NCBI GenBank assembly: GCA_035499255.1 | Contig: DATJZF010000030.1 | Span: 881 to 64,880, forward strand | Direction: 5' to 3' | Length of the DNA: 64,000 nt | DNA from: Dongiaceae bacterium | Lineage (GTDB): Bacteria > Acidobacteriota > Terriglobia > Acidiferrales > UBA7541 | Shown here: piece after piece, positions 48,295 to 59,100 of the stretch | Numbering within the stretch: the stretch's first letter is position 1 | Layout: each line of letters opens with the position of its first letter | Translations under genes and position numbers: made by a program | Notes under the pieces: generated by a model | Told to the model about the DNA's origin: nothing | What the model saw: the letters and a program-made list of their open reading frames with translations, nothing else | The model's database searches: none

Positions 48295-48981
48295 CTACAC
48301 ACCGCGAGTAACCGGGTCCCATACGATTTTGTGCAGCTGCAAACCGAGCCGCACGCTCAAGCCGTCTTCGAGCATCCATTCGACCAATTGCCGTGGCTCG
48401 AGCCCTTTCCACTTGCCATGCGGGTCTTCGTTCACGGGTGAGAACAGGACATCGTGCACTCTGTTGGGGAGCGCGTGCTCGCGCGTAAAGTCGCGTGCAA
48501 ATTCGTAGTCACGGCGGGAAGAAATCACAAATTTCACCTCATCGCGCTGATTGAGTTGGTCCAGATTTTTCAGGTCGAAGGTGTCAGGTTCGCCTGAGTC
48601 GGGACATTTCACGTCAACGATGCGAACGACTTGATTGGGCAATTTCCCAATGAATCGCTCGCCGCTAGTCTCCACCATAACCGTGTAGCCGGCGCTGATC
48701 AGGTGTTCTGCAAGCGGATAGACTTCCTCTTGCAAAAGCGGTTCTCCCCCGGTCAATTCCACGAGTGGCACACCGGCAGGTTCGCCATTTGAAAGCTGGT
48801 TGAGCCGTTCCACGCGCTCGAGCACGTCTTCCACGCTCATTTTCTGGCCGCCGTGGAAGGCGTACTCCGTATCGCACCAAGCACAGCGCAAATTGCAGCC
48901 GGTCAGCCGTACGAAGATACACGGCTGTCCCGCTCTCGTACCCTCACCTTGAATGGATTTGAAAATCTCGGTTACAAACAT
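48295..48981 (-). CDS. queE: 7-carboxy-7-deazaguanine synthase (radical SAM)
   Basis: EIFKSIQGEG, CNLRCAWCDT, TGGEP and QLHK; ATG 48981. Confidence 0.95.
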   Translation of the reverse strand: MFVTEIFKSIQGEGTRAGQPCIFVRLTGCNLRCAWCDTEYAFHGGQKMSVEDVLERVERLNQLSNGEPAGVPLVELTGGEPLLQEEVYPLAEHLISAGYTVMVETSGERFIGKLPNQVVRIVDVKCPDSGEPDTFDLKNLDQLNQRDEVKFVISSRRDYEFARDFTREHALPNRVHDVLFSPVNEDPHGKWKGLEPRQLVEWMLEDGLSVRLGLQLHKIVWDPVTRGV

Positions 48982-49006
48982 AAAGCACCACACCGAGGCT
49001 CCCTGG

Positions 49007-49189
49007 TTACTGGGTCTTGACTCGCTTGGCTGACCGCCGCGAAAGCCAGTAAATCCCACCAAAGAACAAAATCATGGCGATGATCAGTCGAGGATAGCCC
49101 GGCGCAATTCCCATGAATTTCAAAACCACTACATATCCAACTGCGACGAGCAGCGCGGGAATCAAAATGATGTAGAGCGAGCGGTTCAT
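49007..49189 (-). CDS. Small two-TM membrane protein
   Basis: 60 aa with two hydrophobic helices and a basic tail; between queD and queE. Confidence 0.65.
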   Translation of the reverse strand: MNRSLYIILIPALLVAVGYVVVLKFMGIAPGYPRLIIAMILFFGGIYWLSRRSAKRVKTQ

Positions 49190-49199
49190 GATTGCCACT

Positions 49200-49580
49200 C
49201 TATCGCGATGGCTGGTACTTCGCCATGGCCGTGTCCGTCTCCCAGACAATCACGTGAGAAAGATGCGCTCCCGGAGGCAGGCTCGACAATTGGCCCCCAA
49301 TTTCCTCAAAAAAGTACTTGGCCATATTTTCGGCTGACGGATTCACCATGGTGAACGGCTCAAGATCATTGATGAACTGGTGATCCAGCCGGCGAATCAC
49401 TTCGCGCATGACGTGTTTGAGCTGGGTAAAATCGATCAGTAATCCGACGTTGTCGAGTTGTGGCCCTTCCAGAGTCACCTGCACGCGGTAATTATGCCCG
49501 TGAACGTTCTCGCACTTTCCCTTATAGCCGCGCAGCGCATGGCCGGCCGAAAATGTCTCTTCCACACTGACTTGAAACAT
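49200..49580 (-). CDS. queD: 6-carboxytetrahydropterin synthase
   Basis: FSAGH, CENVHGHNY, LDH, PSAEN and WET motifs; ATG 49580. Confidence 0.95.
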   Translation of the reverse strand: MFQVSVEETFSAGHALRGYKGKCENVHGHNYRVQVTLEGPQLDNVGLLIDFTQLKHVMREVIRRLDHQFINDLEPFTMVNPSAENMAKYFFEEIGGQLSSLPPGAHLSHVIVWETDTAMAKYQPSR

Positions 49581-49602
49581 GGTTTCTCTTCCTCGCAGCC
49601 GC

Positions 49603-51663
49603 TCAGGCGGGTTCGCTGGCGCCCAGGAAACGCTCGACATCCCCTAAATCGTGCGTCCTGCGATAGGGCGGCAAAGACTCGAGAAAAATTTTACCATACG
49701 GCATCCGTTGGATCCGGGTATCGAGGAGCGCCAGGACGCCGCGATCGGTTTTGGTGCGAATCAGCCGACCGAAGCCCTGTTTCAGCGCCAACACCGCTTC
49801 GGGAACCTGAAATTCCGCAAAGGGGTTCCTGCCGTCCTCTTGCAGCGCGCGGACACGGGCCGCAACGATCGGGTCGCTGGGCACGGCGAACGGCAAGCGG
49901 TCGACGATCACACAGGAAAGCTGGTCACCCGGCACGTCGACGCCCTGCCAAAAACTTGCGGTGGCAAAGAGAACCGCGTTGGGCGTGGTTTTGAATCGCT
50001 CCAACAACACAGAACGAGGCGCCGTTCCCTGCAGTAATAGCGGGAAGTCGATTCGGTTGCTCACGCGCTCATATAGGTCGTTCATCTGGGAGTAGCTCGT
50101 GAAGAGGCAGAAAGCCCGGCCCTGGCTCAACTCGAGCAAGGTGACGATTTCATCCGCAGCCTTACTGGCGAAGCCGGCGTCACGTACGTCGGGCATGCGT
50201 TGTGGCAGATACAGCAGCGCTTGCCGCTCATACTCGAACTCCGGCGGGACCGAGCATTCCTTGGCATGATCAAGTCCCATGCGGTGACGGATGAACTCGA
50301 AACGTCCCGCGACGGTAAGGGTTGCAGAAGTGAGAATCACAGTATCGAAGGCTTCGAATAGCTTCTCGCGGAGAATCTGGCTGACATCAATGGGAGTGGC
50401 GGCCAGGAAGACGCCCTTATTGCGCCGTTCGAACCAGTACACGAAATTTCGCTCGTCGGACTCGAAGAGGAAGGCCAACTCCTGACGAATCTCAAAGCTG
50501 CGCCTGGCAATCCGCACCAATTCCTCGGGCTTCGGTGACATCGCGGCGAACTCAGTTTCCAGCCCCTTCAGCGCATTGTGTAAGCCGTCGTACGCCTCGC
50601 GGTTCTGCTCCAGGAAGGCTTCACGTTCGTTGCGGGTGAAGGGAAAGCGGCCATCGCGCTGGGGAAAAGAATCGAAAAAGGACCGGCTCTTTTCGCGGAT
50701 GCGCTGCGTGCGGCGCAGCAGGCTGGGCGTGGCGTTGTGGGTGAGGCGCATCACCTGATCGGCGTCGCGAGTCAATTCCTCAAAGCGGTAATTCGAGATT
50801 TGCTGGCCGAAATAGTCGCTGGCCACATCTTCCATTTCATGGGCTTCGTCGAAAACGACGGCGGAGTATTCGGGGAGAATGCTGCCGAAATCGTCCTGTT
50901 TCAGCGCCAAATCCGCAAAAAAGAGGTGATGATTCACAATGATGATGTCCGCTTCGCGCGCTCGCGCTTGCATCGCCGTCAGGAAACACTGCTCGAATTG
51001 GGGGCACTTCTTTCCGGTGCAGGTATCCCGGCGGGCATCAATCCGCGACCAGAGATCCGAATCGTCCGGCAGGAAGGTCAGTTCGGCCCGGTCACCCGTC
51101 TCGCTGAGTTTCGACCAGTCGCGGATTTGCCGAAAAGCGTCAACCTCTTCCATGCCCTTGAGCATAGGCTGATCCGCCATCGACGCCATCTTCGAAAGGC
51201 ACAAGAAATTAGAGCGCCCTTTCATGACGGCCACCTTCAAGTTTGGAGCGAAGTGCTTCTGCAGGAAGGGCACGTCCTTCTGGTAAAGCTGCTCCTGAAG
51301 CGATTTGGTCGCTGTCGAAATGACCACGCGACGGCCGCTGCAAATGGCGGGAAGGAGATACGCAAGAGTTTTGCCGGTACCTGTTCCTGCTTCGACGATG
51401 GCATGGTGATGGTTCGCGAACGCATCATTGACCGCATTAGCCATTTCGAGTTGCCCCGGCCGATGTTCGTAACCACCGATCATGCGCCGGTCTAGCATGC
51501 CCCCCGGACCGAAAATGTCCTCCATCGAAGGGTTTCTATCAATGGGTGCATGATCGCCTTGGCGTTCTTCGGCTGTTGTATCAGTTTTGCGAGGGCGAGA
51601 AGTCGATGCCGGAACCGTCTTAGCGCGATGAGGCGTCTCCGCCTCGTCCAATGGCACGTACAC
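49603..51663 (-). CDS. DinG/YoaA family ATP-dependent helicase
   Basis: EAGTGTGKT, KGRSNFLC, Cys cluster, DEAH, SAT and QGFGRLIR; start may extend to CTG 51732. Confidence 0.93.
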   Translation of the reverse strand: MYVPLDEAETPHRAKTVPASTSRPRKTDTTAEERQGDHAPIDRNPSMEDIFGPGGMLDRRMIGGYEHRPGQLEMANAVNDAFANHHHAIVEAGTGTGKTLAYLLPAICSGRRVVISTATKSLQEQLYQKDVPFLQKHFAPNLKVAVMKGRSNFLCLSKMASMADQPMLKGMEEVDAFRQIRDWSKLSETGDRAELTFLPDDSDLWSRIDARRDTCTGKKCPQFEQCFLTAMQARAREADIIIVNHHLFFADLALKQDDFGSILPEYSAVVFDEAHEMEDVASDYFGQQISNYRFEELTRDADQVMRLTHNATPSLLRRTQRIREKSRSFFDSFPQRDGRFPFTRNEREAFLEQNREAYDGLHNALKGLETEFAAMSPKPEELVRIARRSFEIRQELAFLFESDERNFVYWFERRNKGVFLAATPIDVSQILREKLFEAFDTVILTSATLTVAGRFEFIRHRMGLDHAKECSVPPEFEYERQALLYLPQRMPDVRDAGFASKAADEIVTLLELSQGRAFCLFTSYSQMNDLYERVSNRIDFPLLLQGTAPRSVLLERFKTTPNAVLFATASFWQGVDVPGDQLSCVIVDRLPFAVPSDPIVAARVRALQEDGRNPFAEFQVPEAVLALKQGFGRLIRTKTDRGVLALLDTRIQRMPYGKIFLESLPPYRRTHDLGDVERFLGASEPA

Positions 51664-51977
51664 CCGTTCGAAACCAACGTCTGGCTTCTGTTGCTGTTCC
51701 TCTTTGACCGTTTTGGGTTTACGCTTAGCCAGGCGAGAGCCTCAATTTCTTTTTTCGGGATGCTCATTTACGATACCACACGGACTTCAAACCACTCTCG
51801 AACCCAGGCGCCAGCACAGGGTTCTCTATTTTATGCGCGGCGTCAGCGGTGTTAAGTGTGGAACACCGTTCGTCTTTCGCGTGCGTCGAATATCATCCTT
51901 GGGCTAGAGTGTTCAGGGGGGATTTCAGGCGATCCGGCCTAATTGCCTGAGCCATTTCTTATGAACGGGGTGTTCGA

Positions 51978-53486
51978 ATGAATTGGAAAAGCTCGATCCT
52001 GCTTTTGCTGTTGGTAGTCGCCTCTGTCTCGCTGGCCTCGTGCAGCGGCTTGAACAGCACCTGCACGACAAACTGCACCAACGGAAGCGCCAAGGTAACA
52101 CTCACACTCTTCGATACGCCTCCCACCGGCACCACCGTACTGAGTTTCAGCCTGCCCATCGTCGGAATCAGCCTAACACCGCAGTCTGGCAGCCCAGTCT
52201 CGTTGTATTCGCCAAGCTCGGTAACGCCGACCGAGATCACCCGCCTGCAAAGCGATTCGGCCCTAATTGCCGGCGGCGTCAGTGTGGCTGCGGGAACCTA
52301 TACATCTCTGAACGTTACGATCGCGGCCACTTCCGGGGTCTTCATAAACAGCACAAACTCTACGATCACTTACACCTTGAACGGCAGCACCACCACTTGC
52401 CAGGCTTTTGGGGTGTGCGTATTGCCGGCGGCACCCGCGACAACGGTGGCGGTGCCGATCTCCTTGACTCTGAATGGGAATGCAACGCAGTGGATCGGCA
52501 TCAACGTCAATCTGAACAACGCGATCCTCACCACGGGCGGAATCAGCGTCGATTTCACCCAGCCGAACGTCCTTACGGCTACAACCACGACGCGCACCGG
52601 GTTGCCCTCCGGCGCCGTAGACACGATTGAAGACTTCACGGGTAAAGTAACGACATTGAGCAACTCGAGCATTACGGTGCAGAACGCCATCACGGGCCAA
52701 TCGTTGACGGCGGGGGTTGTAAGCGGCTCAACGGAGTTGGACGTGGCTCCCGGAAGCTATAGCAACTGCACCAGTGCTAATCCGGCCGCGTGCATCGCGG
52801 TTGGAAGCACGGTCAGCATGAACGCAAACCTGGCGGCAGACGGGACACTGACCGCAACGGAGATTGACCTGTTGGATCTGGCGGCAACCGATGAGATCGA
52901 AGGCGTGATTTATCCGACAACCATCAACGGCGTTGTAACCCCCGGCGTGGTGGGATTGATCCTGCTCGATAAGAGCTCGGTGAGCGGGAATTCCGTTCTT
53001 AGTTCGGCGACGTATGGGACGGCATTCTTGCTGACTTCGACCAGCAACAGCATTACTTACAACGTCGACTCGGGGCCACTCACCCCCGCGATCGGAACAA
53101 ATCCTCCGGGATTCAACGGAACCGGGAACTTCTTCGCTGGTCAAGTAGTCCGCGCGCAGGTAACCAACGTTGCCGTCGCAAACAATATAAATGGGGCGAC
53201 CGCCGCGCACGTGCTCCTGCGTTGGTCGCGGCTAAGCGGTACAGTGAACCTCGTAAGCGGGAATGTCCTTACACTGACGAACATTCCGACCTACATCACG
53301 ACGCTGAACTCGGGATTTACGTTGACTCCACAAGTCAACACCTATCCCAACAACACCTCTTTCGACGGCGTCGCTGGAGTATCGGAACTGACCGTCGGCA
53401 ACACTGCCGCGATTCGCGCGCTATTCCTCGATTCGACCGCAGGGTCGCAGTTCCCATTCCTGGCGGCGAAGGTTCGCACGCCTTAA
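51978..53486 (+). CDS. Thr/Ser-rich lipoprotein (DUF4382/DUF5666-like)
   Basis: Lipobox LASC; beta-rich; DFTGKV and EIEGVI repeats. Confidence 0.7.
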   Translation: MNWKSSILLLLLVVASVSLASCSGLNSTCTTNCTNGSAKVTLTLFDTPPTGTTVLSFSLPIVGISLTPQSGSPVSLYSPSSVTPTEITRLQSDSALIAGGVSVAAGTYTSLNVTIAATSGVFINSTNSTITYTLNGSTTTCQAFGVCVLPAAPATTVAVPISLTLNGNATQWIGINVNLNNAILTTGGISVDFTQPNVLTATTTTRTGLPSGAVDTIEDFTGKVTTLSNSSITVQNAITGQSLTAGVVSGSTELDVAPGSYSNCTSANPAACIAVGSTVSMNANLAADGTLTATEIDLLDLAATDEIEGVIYPTTINGVVTPGVVGLILLDKSSVSGNSVLSSATYGTAFLLTSTSNSITYNVDSGPLTPAIGTNPPGFNGTGNFFAGQVVRAQVTNVAVANNINGATAAHVLLRWSRLSGTVNLVSGNVLTLTNIPTYITTLNSGFTLTPQVNTYPNNTSFDGVAGVSELTVGNTAAIRALFLDSTAGSQFPFLAAKVRTP

Positions 53487-53515
53487 GATTTTTTCACCGC
53501 CTCCGCAAAAGGCAA

Positions 53516-53550
53516 AGGGCCGGTTCCACTGAGGGAGCCGGCCCTGTTTT
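53516..53550 (+). terminator. Rho-independent terminator
   Basis: AGGGCCGGTTCC...GGAGCCGGCCCT followed by GTTTT. Confidence 0.7.
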
Positions 53551-53605
53551 CTGTCCAGGTTGGCCGCTGAATCCCAGACTGCTAGAGCCCACAAACCATG
53601 CTTGT

Positions 53606-55291
53606 TTAGATTGCGACGGTAGTGTTCGAAGGAAGCGGCGCAGTCGGCGGCGGCAGCGGCACAGACGGAATATTTGGCGCGATGGCGGGCTGCATGCGGC
53701 GATAGATCGCGAGTGACAATGCGCCCATGCCCCAAATGATCACTGCAAACTTAATCCACATTCCCAGGAACGGAACTGCCATCGCGACCCGAAGAATGAT
53801 AATGCCGACGACCATGCGGCCAATGAACCCCCAGGTGTCGCTGGTTCGACCCAGAATCCACTGCCCGACAGTCGCGCCCACAATGATCTGCGCGAAATAA
53901 AGCGCGCCATACCACAGGAAAAGCGTGGACAAGCCAACAAAGAGTCCAACGACCGTAATGCAGGCGATTACTGCCGCGATCGGCACTGCAAACAAGACCA
54001 GCACGCCAAGTCCAAAGGAGGCACCGACATTTTCGACGTTACTCGATGCTTCACGAGAGAATCCAGGCAGAATCGAAAGCAGCACCAGACCGAACAAAAT
54101 GTACGCAGCCGCCCAGATGACGGTCCAGACAGAGAAACTGGCGCCGCGCTGATGTGATTTGTGCTCCATTTTCTTGTATTCGAGAGGCGAGGCGAGCTTG
54201 GCGCCAGAGGAAACGGTGGCGGGATTGTCGCCTTCAAATTTCGCGGGGCCAGCAATGGAGGCGCTGCTATTGATGGTGAGGCTTTCGCCTTTGGCGCTGA
54301 GGGAACCGCCGATCGTGCCGTTGATGGTGCCCTTGGCAAACATCGTGAGAGCGTCCCTGCCTAGATTGCCGTCCAGCGTGAGGGATTTGGTAAAACTGGT
54401 CAGGTTGCGGCCAATCTTGCCATTGGGTTCGATGGTCAGGAGTTCCGTAAAGGTGGTTGCGCTGCGGTCGACCGAGCCGGTGAGCGTGATGTTGTTCGCC
54501 ATAGAACGGAGATTGCCGTCGATCTGGCCGCTGATGCGCAGGCTTTGGCAGAAGCAGATGACGTCGCCAGTAACGTGGCCGGAGATTTCCACTTGCTCGC
54601 CGAAGCCAAAAAGATCGCCGTCGACAGTACCTTCGATGCGAACATGATCGCCCATGGCGTAGAGGTCGGACTTGACGGTTTCCTCTTTGCCGACGGTAAC
54701 GGTGTCGTTCTTACGGAATTCAGCGGCGGAAGCGGACACGGGTGTCAGAAAAGCAGCGAGCAAGCCCAGGCTGGCGAACATCACGGCGAGCGCCGTGCCG
54801 CGGCGCAGATACTTTCGGATGGCAAACACGCCGAATGCAGCGACTGAGGCAAGTGCGACGAATTCAACGAGTGTGAACATGGATTGCCATCCTTTCCAGA
54901 AGGCCCCCTGAAACACCATTAAGCTCAGAAGATTGCTGCCGCCGAAGCCGGCCTGTTCGAGTTGCGCCTGAAAACCCGCAATGTATTCGGTGTAGAAGGC
55001 ATACACGCCCATAGCGGCGAGTCCAAAAACGATGCCCCAGATCCAGCGCATGGAGCGCTTGGCCTGTTCGTGGAACTCCGCAAGCCTGAAGGGAAGAGGC
55101 TCGTCCTGTTCCAGCATGGAGCGCGTGAGCAGGCGGGACTCGCGATCGAGCGCGCGGAGAAGAGTGAGACAGCGCGTGCAGGTCTGCGTGTGGAGAGACA
55201 CTTCCTGCGCGGCTTCGCGATCAAGCTGCCGCTCGACGTACATCAGCAGGGTCAACTCATCGCAGTGTTTGGTTGTATCTTGTTCGCTCAC
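53606..55291 (-). CDS. zf-HC2 anti-sigma domain fused to a bactofilin-like beta-helix and a multi-TM C-terminus
   Basis: HTQTCTRC; TM helices; repeats IEGTVDGDL, ISGHVTGDV, ISGQIDGNL; 4-5 C-terminal TM helices. Confidence 0.8.
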   Translation of the reverse strand: MSEQDTTKHCDELTLLMYVERQLDREAAQEVSLHTQTCTRCLTLLRALDRESRLLTRSMLEQDEPLPFRLAEFHEQAKRSMRWIWGIVFGLAAMGVYAFYTEYIAGFQAQLEQAGFGGSNLLSLMVFQGAFWKGWQSMFTLVEFVALASVAAFGVFAIRKYLRRGTALAVMFASLGLLAAFLTPVSASAAEFRKNDTVTVGKEETVKSDLYAMGDHVRIEGTVDGDLFGFGEQVEISGHVTGDVICFCQSLRISGQIDGNLRSMANNITLTGSVDRSATTFTELLTIEPNGKIGRNLTSFTKSLTLDGNLGRDALTMFAKGTINGTIGGSLSAKGESLTINSSASIAGPAKFEGDNPATVSSGAKLASPLEYKKMEHKSHQRGASFSVWTVIWAAAYILFGLVLLSILPGFSREASSNVENVGASFGLGVLVLFAVPIAAVIACITVVGLFVGLSTLFLWYGALYFAQIIVGATVGQWILGRTSDTWGFIGRMVVGIIILRVAMAVPFLGMWIKFAVIIWGMGALSLAIYRRMQPAIAPNIPSVPLPPPTAPLPSNTTVAI

Positions 55292-55896
55292 TGGGTTCCT
55301 CCCGCCACCAGGACGCCCCTTCCCTCAAGCGCCTGACGCAGTTCGTGCCTTGCGCGGAGCAGCACAACCCCTACAAAGGGGCGGCGCACGCCCAAGGCAT
55401 CGGCAATTTCGTCGTAACTCATGTCGGAGTAGTAGCGCATGACCAGGGCCATGCGGGCGCGGACGCCGAGTGTGTCGAGCGCTTTGCGCACTTCATCGCT
55501 GCTGCGTTCTTCGATCAGTTTTTCGAGCTGATTGGGTTCCGGGGTCTCGAGTGGAAGTTCTTCTACATCTTCCATATCTTTATCGTGACGGGCTTTGCGG
55601 CGACGGAGCAAATCCCAACAATGGTTGGCGGCGACTTTGTACAACCACGCGGAAAAGGAGCGGCTGGGATCGTATTGCGATAATTTGTCCCGCAGCTTCA
55701 TGAAAATTTCCATCGTGGCGTCTTCCGCGTCCTCCCTGGTTGGCATAGCGCGCCGGCAAAAGCGAAAAATAGCCGGCGCATACTCCCGGTATAGATCGCC
55801 CCAGGCCTGGGTATCCCCAGCCCTGGCCCGGACGATTAAATCCTTAGGCTCCGTAATGCCCGGCACGCTCATTCGGCCTGGTCTCAGCGGTTCCAT
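55288..55896 (-). CDS. ECF RNA polymerase sigma factor
   Basis: DAEDATMEIF, AWLYKVAAN and MSYDEIA motifs; stop overlaps the anti-sigma start. Confidence 0.92.
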   Translation of the reverse strand: MEPLRPGRMSVPGITEPKDLIVRARAGDTQAWGDLYREYAPAIFRFCRRAMPTREDAEDATMEIFMKLRDKLSQYDPSRSFSAWLYKVAANHCWDLLRRRKARHDKDMEDVEELPLETPEPNQLEKLIEERSSDEVRKALDTLGVRARMALVMRYYSDMSYDEIADALGVRRPFVGVVLLRARHELRQALEGRGVLVAGGTQ

Positions 55897-56047
55897 GAGT
55901 TAGTACGCAGGGAAGCCCCTAAAACTATCACAGGTAGCAATATAAGCGCTGTGGCGCGCTCGAAAGGTCAGGGACCCTAATCCGCCGCACTTCCCTGCCT
56001 GCTTAAACTATAGTGCTTGCTTTACCCGTATTATCAATGGGTTACAG

Positions 56048-56077
56048 AAAAAACGGCCCCTGGCCGAGCGGCCGTTT
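56048..56077 (-). terminator. Terminator after the TonB-dependent receptor
   Basis: AAACGGCC...GGCCGTTT hairpin with a T6 tract on the minus strand. Confidence 0.65.
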
Positions 56078-56100
56078 GCATCTCGTTGCGATTTGCGGGC

Positions 56101-59100
56101 TTAGAAGGTGAACTTTGCGGATATCTGCATGCTGCGCGGTCCGCCGCCGCCAATGACAGGATAGCCGATGCCAACGTCAGCCGTCACAGTGAGCGGGAGG
56201 TATCCGCTGAAACGCCCGTTGTTGCCTATAGAGCTAGCATATGTCGGATCGGAGAGGAAGTTCGGCCACAGGGGACTGGCAAAGTTGGGATGATTGAAGA
56301 GGTTATAAGCTTCAAAGCGAAGCTCCATCTTCAAGCGTTCGGTAATGTTCGTATTCTTGAAAAGCGACAGATCGAGCTGACGAAACGCGGGACCAAGCAA
56401 GGAGTTGCGACCCAGATTTCCAAAATGGCGAGTGCCTGGCTGGCAAGAATCAGCAAGTTGGTCGGTTCCGCTGTAGGTGCAAGGCACCGCGAAGGAAGTC
56501 AGATCGAGGAATCGATTCGGGTCGCCGTAGTTGTAGCGGATCGGACCGACGACGTCCGGTTTCGGGAAGAAGGTTCCCGCGCCATCGAAGTCATCGGTTT
56601 CGATAATCATGTGGAATGGATTGCCGGATTGGACCGTGAGAATTCCGTTCAGGCCCCAACCGTTGCGAAGCCACTTCATACGAGTGTCTTTGGAATCGGG
56701 CAACTGGTAAATGAAATTCCAGGTCAAGCGGTTGCGCACGTCAAAATTGGAGTTGCCGCGATTGGAAATGGGATTCGTGCTGTCGGTCGGCTGCGCCGCA
56801 TTGGGAACATAGTCCTCACCATCGCTGGCCGTGTCGATGGAATGAGACCAGGTGTAGTTGAGCATACTGGTGAACCCATGCCAATTGTCGATGTGTAGGC
56901 TCGTTTGCAGGGCATTGTAATTCGATTTCGCAGCGCTCTCCTGCCAGTAGATGTACGTTGGGACCGTGTCTCCCGTCAGACGGCGCGGAACGATACCTGT
57001 GCAATCGCAGCCCAGGTCGGCAGATGTGATTGCCGCTTGTCCGGGCTGGTTGATGTCGCGGAAGTCCCATAGTTTGCTGCCGTGCGAGCCGACATACCCA
57101 ACCTGCAGAACCATCTTTCGACTGAGTTGCTGCTGAATGTTCAGGTTGTAATTCTGCAGATAGGGTGTGCGGATGTGGGGATCGATGCCAAACGCGTCGC
57201 CCATCGGAGTCGCGAATCCGAAGACCGGAACGTTCGGCTGAATGACGGAAACCGGGGAGGCAAAAGAAACCTGCCCAACCCCCGGGAGTCCGGAGTATGC
57301 GGGTCCGGGATCAAAGCTACTGCTATACGGCAAGTGACCGAGGAACATATCCTGCGAAGTGGCGTCATAGAAAACGCCATAGCCAGCGCGGATAACGGTC
57401 TTCTGTTTTCCGGTGACATCCCAAGCCACGCTGAGCCGGGGTGCCCAGTTGTTATAGTCGGGTTCATAGAGGCGGCCCGGGCCGACAGCAAAGGCAGCGC
57501 CGGTCGTCGGGTCCACGTTGTTGAACATCTCGTGTTTTTCCTGAACGATGCCGAAATAGTCGTAGCGCAAGCCGAGGTTGACGGTGACGCGAGAGCTAAG
57601 GCGGTAACTGTCCTGCAGGTAGAAGGCGTGAGAATTCTCGAAAGTGTTGCGATTGGTATCGCCGCTGCCTTGTGTGCCTGCTGTCGGGGTGCCTGCAAGA
57701 AAGTCCTGCAAAGAGTTGGTAGTGTCGGTTCCTTGAAATCTCAGGCGACCGCGAAACGTGCGATTGAAGATCTGAGAGACGGTGGTGCGGCGAAATTCGT
57801 AACCGAACTTGATGTCGTGCTTACCGGACTTCCACGAGATGTTGTCGATGAAATGCCAGTTGCTGTCAACGCGTTGACGCGGGTCCGCTTTATCGGCGCC
57901 TAGTTGGGGCAACCTGGACACGTTGATTACCGGCATGCCGAAATTGTAGGGATTGTTGTTGTTGGGAGTTCCCAGCCCGACGGTGTTCAGGTCGATCGTA
58001 CTGGGATCGAAGCTGCGGTCCTCTGAGAAGAATCCCTCGGCGAAGCGGTTCCAACCGATGCGGGACTCATTCACAACGTTCGGCGTCAGCACCGAGACAT
58101 ATGAGATTGAGACCAACTGCACGCGAGTGGGAGTAGAGGTGTTGTAGTTGGGCAGCAGACCGCCGCCGGTAAGAGCGAGGGGGAAAAGTTGGAGACTGTC
58201 GCCAATGTAGTATCGTCCGGTAAGCAGATTGTCTTTGTTGAAGTTGTGATCAATCTTAACGATGGCGCTGTCTACGCGGTTAGAGAACGGAGTGGCTAAC
58301 GCGGCATTCGTTCCGCCATTGTCGTAGCAGTCGATGGCGGGATCGGTTGGCGCGGGCCAGGGATTTAATGCGAGCAGTTTCTGAATGACCGGATTTATGC
58401 TGCTTAAATCTCCCGGCGTCGGAGCGTTCGCCAAGATATTGGCCTGGGTGGGAACGCACGCGGGGCTGGCTTCCGCCCCGGTTTCGCGCATTCCTTCGTA
58501 ATCGACATAGAAGAACGTCTTGTCGTGATAGATCGGACCGCCTATCGCACCTCCGAATTGGTTCAAGTGAAATGGCTGCTGGGATCCGGCAGACGCAACG
58601 TCGAAATAGTTGCGCGCATTCAGCGCAGTATTTCGGAAATAGTCGAAAGCGGACCCGTGGAACTGATTGGTGCCGCTCTTGGTGACAATGTTAATGGCCG
58701 CACCGGCGCTGCGGCCGTATTCCGCTTCGAAGTTCGAGGCTACATGCAATTCCGCGATGGATTCGATGGGCAGGATTGTGGCGGGCGTACCGAAGACGCC
58801 GGCTTCGTTGATGGCCGGATCGTTACGATAACCATCGTTCATATCCGTACCGTCTAGAAGATAGTTATTGGAACGCCCGCGGGCCCCGTTCACGGAAAGC
58901 GTGCCATACGACCCGGGAGAGTCAGAGATGCCATCTGGCGCCGCTGCTGCGCCCGGTACAAGCAAGATCAATTTTTGATAATCCCGGCCATTCACCGGCA
59001 GGTTAGCTACTGTTTTCGTTTCGATAACGCCGCCGAGAGTGTTAGAGGTGGACTCGACCATAGGCAGGTCTTCGCCGACGACTTCAACCCTTTGCGCAAC

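Noticed and set aside
47545-51663. queC/queE/queD next to a helicase as a 7-deazaguanine DNA-modification (Dpd) or Qat defence system
   Set aside because: No tgt-like dpdA, nuclease or TatD partner. The que genes look like canonical full-motif housekeeping preQ0 enzymes, and DinG/YoaA is a common core helicase.
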